Positions 12,579-24,912 of a DNA stretch of 64,000 nt are shown here, in pieces; position 1 is the stretch's first letter; every line of letters begins with the position of its first letter. Origin of the DNA: Octopus vulgaris (Eukaryota); the NCBI GenBank assembly GCA_951406725.2, contig OX597817.1, positions 32,426,001 to 32,490,000 of the forward strand. Reading direction: 5' to 3'. A model generated the notes under the pieces. It had not been told where the DNA came from. It was given only the letters and a program-made list of their open reading frames with translations, and did no database searches. The translations under genes were made by a program, and so were the position numbers.

Positions 12579-13821
12579 TGTATGCACACACACATATGCA
12601 TACATGTGCATGTAAGTGTGTATAATTGCTTCCCAACCACATGGTTCCAATTTCAGCCCCACTGCACGAAACCCAGAAACAGAAAGAACCCCATTGTAGT
12701 TGGGCCTCATGCAGGCAATGAGGAATGACCAAGACCTTTGGCATTATGCCATGCTTGAGAAGAAGACCCATCAAGCCAAGCAAAATCAAAGTCATGGCAG
12801 ATACTGGTGTCACGCAAATGGCACCCATACCAGTGGCACATAAAAGCACCCATTACACCCACAAAGTAGTCGGCATTAGTAAGAGCATCCCACCATAGAA
12901 AACCATGCCAAATCAGACTGGAGTCTGGTGCAGCCTTCCAGCTTGCCAGTGCTGGTCAAATCCATCCAACCCATGCCAGCATGGACAACAGATGTTAAAT
13001 GACGATTTATGTGTGTGTGCCTGTGTTTATCTCCCCGCCATCACTTGACAACCGATGCTGGTGTGTTTATATCCCCATAACTTAGCAATTCAGCAAAATA
13101 TATCAATAGAATAAGTACTAGGCTTACGAAATCCTGGGAATGATTTCTTTAACTAAAAAACCTTCAAGGTGGTGCTCCAGCATGACCACAGTCAAATGAC
13201 TGAAACAAGTAAAAGAAAAATATATTTTATATATATATTTTTCTACTCTAGGCACAAGGCCTAGAGTAGGGGACCAGTCAATTAGATCAACCCCAGTATG
13301 CGACTGGTAGTTAATTTATTGACACCCGAAAGGATGAAAGGCAAAGTCACCTTGTATGTGTGTGCGTGCGTGCGTGTGTATATATATACACATGGTTCTG
13401 GGTTCAGTCCCACTGCATGGCATCTTGGGCAAGTCTCTTCTGCTATAGCCTCGGGCTGACCAAAGCCTTGTGAGTGGATTTGGTAGACGGAAAATGAAAG
13501 AAGCCTGTCGTATATATGTATATATATATATACCGTCCAACCCATGCTAGCATGGAAAGCGGACGCTAAATGATGATGATGATATATATATATATGTGTG
13601 TGTGTGTATATGTTTGTGTGTCTGTGTTTGTCCCTCTAGCATTGCTTGACAACCGATGCTGGTGTGTTTACGTCCCCGTAACTTAGCGGTTTGGCAAAAA
13701 GACCGATAGAATAAGTACTGGGCTTACAAAGAATAAGTCCCGGGGTCGATTTGCTCGACTAAAGGCGGTGCTCCAGCATGGCCGCAGTCAAATGACTGAA
13801 ACAAGTAAAAGAGTAAGAGTA

Positions 13822-13822
13822 A

Positions 13823-13854
<32 letters not shown>

Positions 13855-14273
13855 GAAGGAGCTTCTATATGTATGTATGTATATGTATGTGTGTGTATGT
13901 GTATATATGTGTATATAGGGACTAGTGTGCTGTGTGTGGATATGTGTGTGGATATGTGTGTGTATGCGTGTATGTGAGTATGTGTGTGTATGTGTATATA
14001 TATTTTTCTGTGTGTATATGTATGTGTGGTCGTGTGTGTATATATACATGTGTGTATACGTGTATGCATGTGAGTGTGTGTATGTATACATATATGTGTA
14101 TGTGCAGATATGGATATGTATGTGTAAGTGTATATATATGTATATATGTGTGTGTGTACGTATGTGTGTATGTATATGTATGTACGTTTGTGTGTGTGTG
14201 TGTATATATGTATACATATGTGCATAGGTATAAGTGAGAATCTCCTTATTTACCTAAAACTCTATTCCCTTTT

Positions 14274-14319
<46 letters not shown>

Positions 14320-14330
14320 TTTTTATATAT
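13822..14330. repeat. Degenerate TA/TG microsatellite field
   Basis: Direct reading; source of many spurious ORFs. Confidence 0.9.
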
Positions 14331-14354
14331 TTTTTTATTTTTTTATTTATTCTT

Positions 14355-14630
14355 CTATCTAATTTAACACTGACTCCTTGACCACTCCCCCAAGTATGAT
14401 ATTTTGCGCTATGCCTACCCCCAAAAAAGTCCCCCACCAACACCCCTTTAAACATGCCTAAATGTATAAATGCCAATACAATTCTTGTTAACTAGCTTCC
14501 TGAAGATTTCTCTTGAATGAAACAGTTCTAGTCCTGTAGAAGCTCCTTCTATATAATAAATTAATTTTACTCTACTATGTATTGAGTACCTTATTTACTG
14601 TGGTTAACCCCGAATCAACCCGGGACCTAC
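14355..14630 (+). mobile_element. Penelope-like pseudo-LTR fragment carrying the 14494 hammerhead
   Basis: Flanked by TA-rich tracts; TATAAAT about 30 nt upstream of the hammerhead; its 3' part recurs inverted at 29601-29727. Confidence 0.55.
14494..14544 (+). ncRNA. Type I hammerhead ribozyme, second family
   Basis: Stem I AGCTTC/GAAGCT (6 bp); CTGAAGA 14500-06; stem II tTTC-tctt-GAAt (U-U closing pair); GAAA 14519-22; stem III ACAG-ttctagtc-CTGT; GUA triplet with predicted cut after 14538. Confidence 0.7.
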
Positions 14631-14646
14631 ATATATATATATATAT

Positions 14647-14929
14647 TTCATTTTGGGATTTGGTTTGCAAGATTCTTTATATGAGTTCGTGTGTTGAAGC
14701 ATATTCTGTTGTGTCTGGGGAGAGTCATTTTCTTTTTGTGCCTTATAATGTAACACACACACTGGTAAAATTTCCACATTTTCTTATTTTTATTTTCCTT
14801 CAAGAGTCAAAACTATTGAAAAGGTTGCAAGACGCAATGAAAATTTTAGGAAAATAAAAATAAGAAAAAAAGGTGGAAATTTTACATTATAAGGCACAAA
14901 AAGAAAATGACTCTTCCTAGACACAACAG
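14647..14929. mobile_element. Inverted-duplicated element between (TA)n tracts with a variant hammerhead-like motif
   Basis: About 14706-14799 is the reverse complement of 14848-14929 (with indels); centre reads CTA-TTGAAAA-G-GTTGC-aagac-GCAAT-GAAA-ATTT-TAG. Confidence 0.5.
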
Positions 14930-14947
14930 TATATATATATATATATA

Positions 14948-15966
14948 CTAGCAGTATTGCCCGGCGTTGCACGGATTTGTAAGGGAAATAACTATATAAG
15001 CATTTTTAGAGAGTTACTTCCTTTATAGATACCAATTCGGGCTTTCTTAGCCATTTCTGTTTTGGTGTCTTCAAGCCATGAAGTTGTTGTTCTAAAAGAA
15101 CGCTGGTCTCCTTGGCAACGCATTACGACGTTGATTTCCATAAACTCCCTTCCCCACAGCTTCACGAGGGAGGGAAGAAGAGGGAGAAGCAAACAGGTGC
15201 AGGTGTGACCATGGACGCCAACTCCGCCGCCATCGACACACGAAAAATTATGCATTAAAATGGAATAAAAAATGATGTTAAATTATTTTTAAAATCGTAG
15301 ACTCGTCGTAGACGCACACTAATAGCCAGACGGGCTCGATATTAATCACGACTATAAGATACCCGAATTTGGTTAAACTGCACCGCAAAATGTGGGAGAA
15401 GTTAGGAATCTAAATCGTAGGAAACAGACACTCACACAACTACAGTTTTATATATACAGACTAGCAGTATCGCCCGGCGTTGCTCGGGTTTGTAAGGGAA
15501 ATAACTATATAAGCATTTTTAGAGAGTTACTTCCCTTATAAATTCGGGCTTTCTTAGCCATTTTTGTTTTGGTGTCTTCAAGCCATGAAGTCGTTGTTCT
15601 AAAAGAACGCTGGTCTCCTTCACAACGCATTACGACGTTGATTTATTTACACTCCCTTCCCCACAGCTTCACGAGGGAGGGAAGGGGGAGAAGCAAACAG
15701 GTGCAGCTGTGAGCGTGGACGCCAACTCCGCCGCCATCGACACACGATGCATTTTATGCATTAAAATGGAATAAAAAATGATGTTAAATTATTTTTAAAA
15801 TCGTAGACTCATCGTTGACGCCCGCTAATAGTCAGACGGGCTCGATATGAATCACGACTATAAGATACCCGAATTTGGTTAAACTGCACTGCAAAATGTG
15901 GGAGGAGTTAGGAATCTAAATCGAAGGGGACAGACACTCACACAACTAGAGTTTTATATATATAGA
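14948..15966 (-). mobile_element. Head-to-tail dimer of a non-autonomous Helitron (units 14948-15460 and 15461-15966)
   Basis: On the minus strand each unit begins TC followed by a TA-rich run and ends with a GC hairpin (CCCGAGCAACGCCGGG-like) then CTAG; inserted between A and T with no TSD. Confidence 0.85.
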
Positions 15967-18014
15967 TATCACGTGATCACGTGACTGACCAGGCTATCAG
16001 ATGTTGCACTTCGCATTGTTTTAGCCTTCAAATGATGCCACCCTGCTGGCTAAGTGAGCAGGCCAACAGAAGAAAGAGTGAGAGAAAGTTGTGGCGAAAG
16101 AGTACAGCAGGGATCGCCACAACCCCCTGCTGGAGCCTCGTGGATCTTTAGGTGTTTTCGCTCAATAAAAACACTCACACCATCCAGTCTGGGAATCAAA
16201 ACCACGATCCTATGACCACGAGTTCGCTGCTCTAACCACTGGACCATTGCGCTACTCTTTTACTTGTTTCAGTCATTTGACTGTGGCTATGCTGGAGCAC
16301 CACTTTTAGTCGAGCAAATCGCCCCCAGGACTTTGTAAGCCTAGTACTTATTCTATCAGTCTCTTTTACTGAACCACTAAGTTACAGGGACGTAAACACA
16401 CCAGCATTGGTTGTCAAGCAATGTTGGAGGGACAAACACAGACACACAAACATATACACACACACATATACATATATACATACATACGACAGGCTTCTTT
16501 CAGTTTCTGTCTACCAAATCCACTGACAAGGCTTTGGTCGACCCGAGGCTATAGTAGGAGACATTTGCACAAGGTGCCATGCAGTGGGACTGAACCCGGA
16601 ACCCTGTGGTTCGTAAGCAAGCTACATACCACACAGCCACTCCTATATATATATGTGTGTGTGTGTGTAAAATATGGACCCTGAACAGTCCTTCAGCCAG
16701 TCAACTCCTTTCAGACAGTCCAACCCATATCAGAATAGAAAACAGACATTAAATAATGATGATGATGATGATGATATAAAATATATATATAATATATATA
16801 TATTATATATGTATATATATATATATGTATGTATGCATACATATGTATGTGTGTGTTTGTGTGTATACACACACATACATCCACAAACATATATATTTAC
16901 ATAGCCTGTAATGAAAACCTGTGACTGGGCTTGACCCGGCCTAAATTGTCACATTCACACATATTTGATACGTTCTAGTTACATATGGCACCACATATAT
17001 CATCATCATCATCATCATCATCATCATCGCCATCATTATCATCATCATTTTAATGTCCACTTCTCCATGCTTGTATGAGTCTGACAGATTTCCTATAATT
17101 GGATACCCTTCCTGTGCACAGTCCTCGTCTATTTCTGAAGAAATTAATATTTTTCCATGTCCAGAAATGTTTTAGTAGAATATTGGAAATGAATGACATC
17201 ACCTGCATGACAATGAGCCCCCCACCCCATTTACAACTATCACATGATGGTGAGACAAGGAGACACAAACGTACACACATCCACTCACACCCACATGCAT
17301 ACATACATACATACAACTGCTTCGAAACCTCCAGCTTCTATATCCAGACTATGAATACATGTTCATACCAATTATTATTGGTATGAACGTGTACTAGGTT
17401 TTGTAAGTAAATGCTTAAAAGAGAATCTGGATAAACTGAGATTTTCAGAAAGAGAAATCGACTGGCTAATAGACAGACAGATACATACATACATGTATAT
17501 ATATATATTCGAATGGCACGTAAAAGGCACCATTCAAGTGTGATCGTTACCAGCGTCACCTTACTGGCACTTTTGCCCCGTGCTAGTGGGGTGCTAAGAG
17601 CACCATCCGAGCATCATTGTTGCCAGAGCGGCTAACTGGCTTCCATACTGATGGTACGTAAAAGGCACCATTTGAGCGTGATCGTTACCAGCCTTATTGG
17701 CATGTGTGCCGGTGGCACATGGAAAAACATTCGAGTGAGGTCATTGCCAGTACTGCCTGACTGGCCTCCGTGCCGGTGGCACGTAAAAGCAGCCACTACA
17801 CTCTCGGAGTGGTTGGCATTAGGAAGGGCATCCAGGTGTAGAAAGATTGGAGCCTGGTGCAGCCATCTGGTTCGCCAGTCCTCAGTCAAATCATCCAACC
17901 TATGCTAGCATGGAAATCGGACGTTAAATGATGATGATGATGATGATATATAAATATATATATAAATATGCATGTGTATATCTGTGTGTGTGTGTGTGTG
18001 TGTGAGTGTGTGCT

Positions 18015-18058
<44 letters not shown>

Positions 18059-19262
18059 CATGGTGCGATGGGTAAATTGTCATTTTGTTTTTAATTTCGT
18101 GCATGCGAATTGCTTGTTTTTGATTTTGTCGACTACACAGTATAGTAGGGTCAGTTGGGCACCATCTGTGAGGAAAACACCACTATGACACAATTCACTC
18201 TGCCAGAAATTTGAAAACAACATGCTGTACTAATTGGCCTTTGTGCCAGAAGCTCCAATACAAACATTTCAGAGTGTTTGGGTGTCAATCTGAGGACAGT
18301 GCAAAGGTTTTGGAAAGAGTTGGATGAGTCTAATGATGATCACAAAGGTACAGCACTCAGAAAACTCACTCTGATTGTTCTGTTAAGAAAAGAACTTTTT
18401 AATTTGTTGGTGAGATCCAGGCTATGACTGACAACGATCCCTTTAAGTCAATCAGGTCTACCTCCAGGGACATGGGAGTGTCTGAGTTTCTTATCAGGCA
18501 GGTAGTACATGAAGACATTCAGTATTCCTCTTACAAGATGGAAAAGAGCCAATTTTTATCCCAAGCTATCAAAGACAAAAGGAAAAGCCATGCTATGAAG
18601 CTTTTGAACAAACTCAAGCATCCCCTCCCACTGAACATGCTTTGGTTTTTTCAGACAAGAACACACAGAACAACAATTGGCTTGCCATATCCCCAAAACA
18701 TGTACTGAGAGTGATAAAAATCAACCATCTAGTCAATATCATGGTGCTTGGAGTGATCACTAGTGATGGCAACGTTATGCCTCCATTCATCTTTCCACAT
18801 GGCCTCAGACTCAACACATAGGCCTACATCAAGTGCCTGGAGGAGGTAGTGCTGCCTTGGGTCTGCACCATGTCACACAAGCAGGAGAGCCCAGTCATGG
18901 CTGTCAGACAATTTCTGCGACCACATCACTCCTAAAATTTTGGTCACCTAACTCCCCAGACTGCAATCTCCTTGGTTATTATGTGTTGGGTGTTAGTTGA
19001 GCGAGAGACCAATAAAACTCCTTGTAACACCAAAGATGAACTGCAGGCAAGGATTATGGCATCATTCACCAACTTAAACAAGGAGATTGTCCAGAAGATT
19101 CCGAAGTCATCTGGAGGGTGTGGTTGAAGCCAATGCTGATTTTATTAAGTGAATTTACTCTTTAGTATTTTAATATAATTTTGGTAAATATATCTGTTAA
19201 AATGAGATGTCAGTGTTATTTTAATTTTTGCGTAATTTAGATGACAATTTATTCACCGCACC

Positions 19263-19265
<3 letters not shown>
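18059..19265 (+). mobile_element. Decayed Tc1/mariner-superfamily transposon (maT/DD37D-like)
   Basis: Imperfect TIRs CATGGTGCGATGGGTAAATTGTCA ... TGACAATTTATTCACCGCACCCTG; remnants MVLGVITSDGNVMPPFIFPHG and WSPNSPDCNLLGYY. Confidence 0.75.
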
Positions 19266-19317
<52 letters not shown>

Positions 19318-19786
19318 TATATTATATACACATATATATATATTATATACATAGATGTATGTATGTATATAAATATATATACTTATACATACACCTACAT
19401 ACATACATATATGCATACATCTATGTATATAATATATATATATGTGTATGTATTCATGCATGTATGTTTGTATGTATGTTTGTATGTATGTAAACTTCAA
19501 AAACAAGAAATATTATTTTAAGCCCTATTTCAGGTGCTTGTGTCACTATAATCCTCTTCAAAATCTGTCATTGGTTTAATCTCTAATGACATCAGCTTGA
19601 AGCTAAATCTAATCCTACTGCTTCTCGACTAATCTTTACTAAATCTAAAGGTTTCAGGGTTTGTTTGTTTTTTTTTCAAGTGTTTTCTATTTTCTATTCT
19701 TTAACTATTGCAAGGTTAACTCTTGAAAACTGCTTCTATGATATACATATACAGAAAAATTAGAACACTCAAAGACACACGCCCAA

Positions 19787-19845
<59 letters not shown>

Positions 19846-19853
19846 AACTTATA

Positions 19854-20065
19854 CAAGGGAGTGCTGAAAAGTTCCTGGCTTTGGGTAAAGAAAAATACAG
19901 AAGCATCAGTTATGATTTTATTCTACATATTCCTCTCTCAGATTCACACACTTATTGCAGCAGTCCTTCAGCTTTTCGAAGTTCTGTATAAGAACTCAGA
20001 GGTTAGGCCTCCGCCCAGGTCTTTCATGATACCCTTAAAGTCAGGAAATTTTAGGAGGCCCCTCA
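19854..20065. mobile_element. Mariner-type MITE
   Basis: TA-flanked imperfect TIRs CAAGGGAGTGCTGAAAAGTTCCTGGCTTT / AAAGTCAGGAAATTTTAGGAGGCCCCTCA. Confidence 0.6.
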
Positions 20066-20237
20066 TATACTTACATATATACAGACATATACGTAAAAAT
20101 ACCAGTATACACACATATGCACATACATATACCTACAAACATGCATACACATACATACACAAGCACACACACATTCACATGGGGCCACATACCTATTCAT
20201 AAACATTCTAAAATAAGTTCCTTCTTGAGTCATATAT

Positions 20238-20454
20238 CAGTAGTTTTCAACCAGGTTTCTGTAGAACCTTAGGGTTCCGCCAGTACAGTCCAGGGGTTCC
20301 ACAAGAAGTTACAAAACTGCTAAAATCGGCAGTAGTTTTTAATTCTCCTGTGCAGATATGTGTGCATAAGACTATTAAATTATTGCACGGGGGTTCCTCG
20401 AGCCAGTGGAATGTTTCCTTGAGGTTCCGCTCCAGCAAAAAGTTTGAAAAGCAG
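20238..20454. mobile_element. hAT-type MITE
   Basis: CAGTAGTTTTCAACC / AGTTTGAAAAGCAG; 8-bp TSD TCATATAT. Confidence 0.7.
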
Positions 20455-20601
20455 TCATATATATTCATAGAGTCACTTTCACAAGAGGTTTACTACTAAT
20501 TTGGTCACCTGAATGATAAAAGCTGTCAATTACATTTTCATATTTACTGAACTACAAAAGAAACGTTACACTGAAAAAGATAATTTGTTTCACACACAAT
20601 A

Positions 20602-21038
20602 TTGAAACTCCGATGTGTGGCAGCTGACTTGGCAGACACCCATAAAATTATTAACCATCTTACAAACAATAACTCTGAGCACCTTTCAAACTCCACCCGT
20701 CTAACACCCGTGGACATGTTTACAAAGTCAGAAAACAGCACAGCTCCCATGACTTTCGGAAACATTTTTTCACGCTAAGAGTTGCTGAAGCATGGAACAA
20801 ACTGCCGGCATCAGTTGTTAGTTGTCGGAGCACTGCATCATTCAAAACTTCCATGCTTCCTGAGATTCGCCAACGCTACACCTGATTTTCTCCCCTCCAT
20901 ACACACGCAAGCATGTATCTGACTCATACACTGTTCACTTCCCAGACATTTGTATATTACTGCATATACTTTATACGCACTTTTGACAAGTTGTGGTGCA
21001 CCTGAGCACTGTATACAATAATTTCATTATTATTATTA
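20602..21038 (+). mobile_element. CR1-like LINE 3' fragment
   Basis: ADLADTHKII..SNTRGHVYKVRKQH..FRKHFFTLRVAEAWNKLP, the typical CR1 ORF2 C-terminus, then 3' UTR and (ATT)n. Confidence 0.8.
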
Positions 21039-21096
21039 TATATATAATATATTATTATTATATATATAATATAATGATGAATATTATATATAATAA

Positions 21097-21449
21097 GCGC
21101 AGAAGTGGCTGTGTGGTAAGTAGCTTGATTACCAACCACATGGTTCCGGGTTCAGTCCCACTGCGTGGAACCTTGGGCAAGTGTCTTCTACTATAGCCTC
21201 GGGCCGACCAAAGCCTTGTGAGTGGATTTGGTAGACGGAAACTGAAAAGAAGCCCGTCGTATATATGTATATATATATCTATGCATGTGTGTGTTTGTGT
21301 GTCTGTGTTTGTCCCCCCTCACATTGGCAAAAGAGACCGATAGAATAAGTACTGGGCTTACAAAAGAATAAGTCCTGGGGTCGATTTGCTCGATTAAAGG
21401 CGGCGCTCCAGCATGGCCGCAGTCAAATGTCTGAAACAAGTAAAAGAGT
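21097..21449 (+). mobile_element. tRNA-derived SINE family A (representative; others at about 2365-2730-, 13390-13820+, 16254-16645-, 25805-26210-, 50795-51180+, 58180-58505-)
   Basis: A box TGGCTGTGTGG, B box GGTTCAGTCCC, CCTTGGGCAAG core, internal TA/TG microsatellite, 3' end GAAACAAGTAAAAGAG; many near-identical copies in the window. Confidence 0.85.
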
Positions 21450-23584
21450 ATTGAGATTATATGGATTTTATCACATTTCTAGGAAGATGTCACTGAACCA
21501 CAAATTACTATTATATCTATATAATTCATTTCGTTATAAATGTATCTCTCGTGCCAGCTTAGTTTTCTTTTGTTTTAACTTTTTTGATTTCTTCTTTTGT
21601 GCAATTACTTTACACACAGAAGTTTTGCAGTGCAAGGGAAATAATCTATACTTAGCCTACTCATACGTTGTTGTCTCCCTGCCTTTGAATCTACACGCGC
21701 ACGCGCATCTATTTTCTAGCCACTAAACCTTTTTCTATTTTCTCTCCTTGTTTATTTCTGTGTTCCTTTCTGTCGAAGATCGTAGACTTGGAAGTTAAAA
21801 GACTTTCTCACTTCCCGAGCGTTAAACTAATACATCTGTTTGTTGTTTACACACCCGTCTTCGTCTTTTCTTTCCCTTTTTTTTTTTTGTAAATTCTCAC
21901 TATAATCTTTTCTACTCTAGGCACAAGGCCCGAAATTTTTGGGGAGAAGGCCAGTCGATTAGATCGACCTAGTACGCAACTGGTACTTAAATTATCGACC
22001 CCGAAAGGATGAAAAGCAAAGTCGACCTCGGCAGCATTTGAATTCAGAACGTAAAGACAGACGAAATACCTATTTCTTTACTACCCACAAGGGGCTAAAC
22101 ACAGAGAGGACAAACAAGGACGGAGAAACGGATTAAGTCGATTTATATCGACCCCAGTGCGTAACTGGTACTTATTTAATCGACCCCGAAAGGATGAAAG
22201 GCAAAGTCGACCTTGGCAGAATTTGAACTCAGAACGTAGCGGCAGACGAAATACCGCTAAGTTTTTCGCCCGGTGTGCTAGCGTTTCTTATTTCTTTATT
22301 GCCTACAAGGGGCTAAACATAGCGAGGACAAACAAGGACAGACAAAGAGATTAAGTCGATTGCATCGACTCCAATGCGTAACTGGTACTTAATTTATCCA
22401 CCCCGAAAGGATGAAAGGCAAAGTTGACCTCGGCGGAATTTGAACTCAGAACGTAGCGGCATACGAAATACCGCCCGGCGTGCTAACGTTTCTGCCAGCT
22501 CGCCGCCTTTTCTATATATGATTTATGAATACGATATTAAAAATATTTTTAAAAAACGTCAGTACGTCAGTTGCTATAATTGGCAAAAAACGACTCAAAT
22601 TGCTATAATATACAAAAATATAATTTAATGTTCTCAAAACAAAGGCAACAAGAAACAGAAAATCTTTTATGTTTTTCTGTTTCAGTCATTACACTGCTAC
22701 CATGTTGGAGCACTGCCTTGAAGAACTGTAGTCGACTGAATCAACTTTGTTATTTTTCTTAAGCCTGATACTTATTCTATTGGCATATTTTGCCAAACCA
22801 CTAAGTTACTGGGACATAAACACACTAACACCGGTTGTCAAGTGGTGGTGGTGGTTATATATATATTGAGCCTCCATAAATCCTAAATTTTATTTTAGAA
22901 TTTATGGGGGCAACTGTCTTTGAAGACTCATATTATCCTTCAATGCTCAAAATAAGGGGTAGATAGACAGCCAACAACTGATGAAGGGTCGTTTCTGTGT
23001 ATAGTTGTCCTGTTTGCACCGTTGTTGACATCCTATACCCATATATACATGTATACATATATATATATGCATATATAATATATATATGCATATATAATAT
23101 ATATTATTATATATATGAAAAAAAAACATTCGAGCTAGGTCGTTGCCAGTGCCACTGGACTGACTCCTGTGCAGGTGGCACATAAAAAACACCATTTTCG
23201 AGCATGGCCGTTGCTAGTACCGCCAGACTTGCCCTCATACCAGTGGCACGTTAAAGCACCCACTACACTCTCGGAGTGGTTGGCATTAGGAAGGGCATCC
23301 AGCTGTAGAAACTCTGCCAGATCAGATTGGAGCCTGGCACAGCCATCTGTCAAATTGTCCAACCCATGCTAGTATGGAAAGCGGATGTTAAACGATGATG
23401 ATGATGATGATGATATATATATCATCATCATTTAGCGTCCGCTTTCCATGCTAGCATGGGTTGGACGGGTCAACTGGGGTCTGTGAAGCTGGAAGGCTTC
23501 ATCAGGCCCAGTCAGATCTGGCAGTGTTTCTACGGCTGGATGCCCTTCCTAATGCCAACCACTCCGCGAGTGTAGTGGGTGTTT

Positions 23585-24153
23585 TTTACGTGTCACCTGC
23601 ACAGGTGCCAGACAGAGCTGGCGAACGGCCACGAACGGATGGTGCTTTTACGTGTCACCGGCACGGGGCCAGGCGATGCTGGCAGCAGCCACGAACGGAT
23701 GGTGCTTTTACGTGCCACCGACACGGGGCCAGACAGAGCTGGCAAACGGCCACGAACGGACGGTGCTTTTACATGTCACTGGCACGGGGGCCAGCCGAGG
23801 CTGGCAACATACGCGAACGGATGGTGCTTTTACGTGCCACCGACACGGTTGCCAGACAGAGCTGGCAAACAGCCACGAACGGACGGTGCTTTTACGTGTC
23901 ACCGGCACGGGGGGCCAGCCGAGGCTGGCAACGGACACGAACGGATGGTGCTTTTACGTGCCACCGACACGGGGCCAGACAGAGCTGGCAAACGGCCACG
24001 AACGGACGGTGCTTTTACGTGTCACCGGCACGGGGCCAGGCGAGGCTGGCAACGAACACGAACGGATGGTGCTTTTACGTGCCACCGACACGGGGGCCAG
24101 GCAGAGCTGGCAAACGGCCACGAACGGACGGTGCTTTTACGTGTTACCGGCAC
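23585..24153. repeat. GC-rich minisatellite, about 60-bp units alternating as a 120-bp dimer, about 9 units, inside a family D element
   Basis: Recurring CACGAACGGA(T/C)GGTGCTTTTACGTG(C/T)CACCG(A/G)CACGGGG with alternating tails. Confidence 0.9.
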
Positions 24154-24912
24154 GAATGGACTTCTTTCAGTTTCCATCTACTAAATCCACTCACAAGACT
24201 TTGGTCAGCCCAAGGCTATAGTAGAAGGCCTTTGCCCAAGGTGTTATGCAGTGGGACTGAACCCTGGAACCATGTGGTTGGGATGCAAACTTCTTACCAC
24301 ACAGACATTCCTGTTCAACTCATTTCCATTCATTTTTTGAAAGACTATAATTTCCTACATGTATGTATTATAGTAAATCTGGCTCAAGAAGAAAATAATT
24401 CTGTGTCTTAAGCATGTAATATTTAGCTTAAGGATTAATCTGCTCATAATTCTACAGTTGTAAAGTCTGGAAAATAATACAAAACACCAGGAGAGAAGAT
24501 AAATGCTGGGCATAATCTCCTCTATGATTAACAGTTGGAGATCACTTTTGTAAGAAATAAATAACGAATAGTTACTTGCAGACTTTCTCAATTAATGGTG
24601 TTTTACATTCAAAAAGGCGCATGTAAAATATCGATACAAATAATCAAATAATTTTAATAAGACTTGCTTTGAGAAAATCAAACATAATTCTGGACATTGT
24701 TTTCAATAAAAAGATTAAGAGTTTTATCATATTCCTCGAGATAATGAGGTTCAAGCCAGATTTGGATTTAATTACTCAGCTAGGAACCAACAGGGAAGTC
24801 TCCAACTATTTAGAGTGCACGGCATATTCTACATTGTAGACTAGGCATAATTGTCATTATGTTGAAATGAAAATATAATGATTTTTTTTTAATTCACCAT
24901 TTTACAAAACAA

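Noticed and set aside
15969-15984. Tandem palindromic E-box TCACGTGATCACGTGA
   Set aside because: Sits at the edge of repeat-derived sequence; nothing supports a regulatory role.
21766-21801. Hammerhead-like trace CTTT-CTGTCGA-A-GATC-gtag-ACTT-GGAA-GTTA-AAAG
   Set aside because: Core and stem II too degenerate to fold; at most a decayed relic of a fifth family.
23461-24411. 316-aa ORF and overlapping ORFs; also a superficially CRISPR-like periodicity
   Set aside because: Tandem repeat inside a retroposon; the intervening segments are themselves repeated, there are no cas genes, and the context is eukaryotic.
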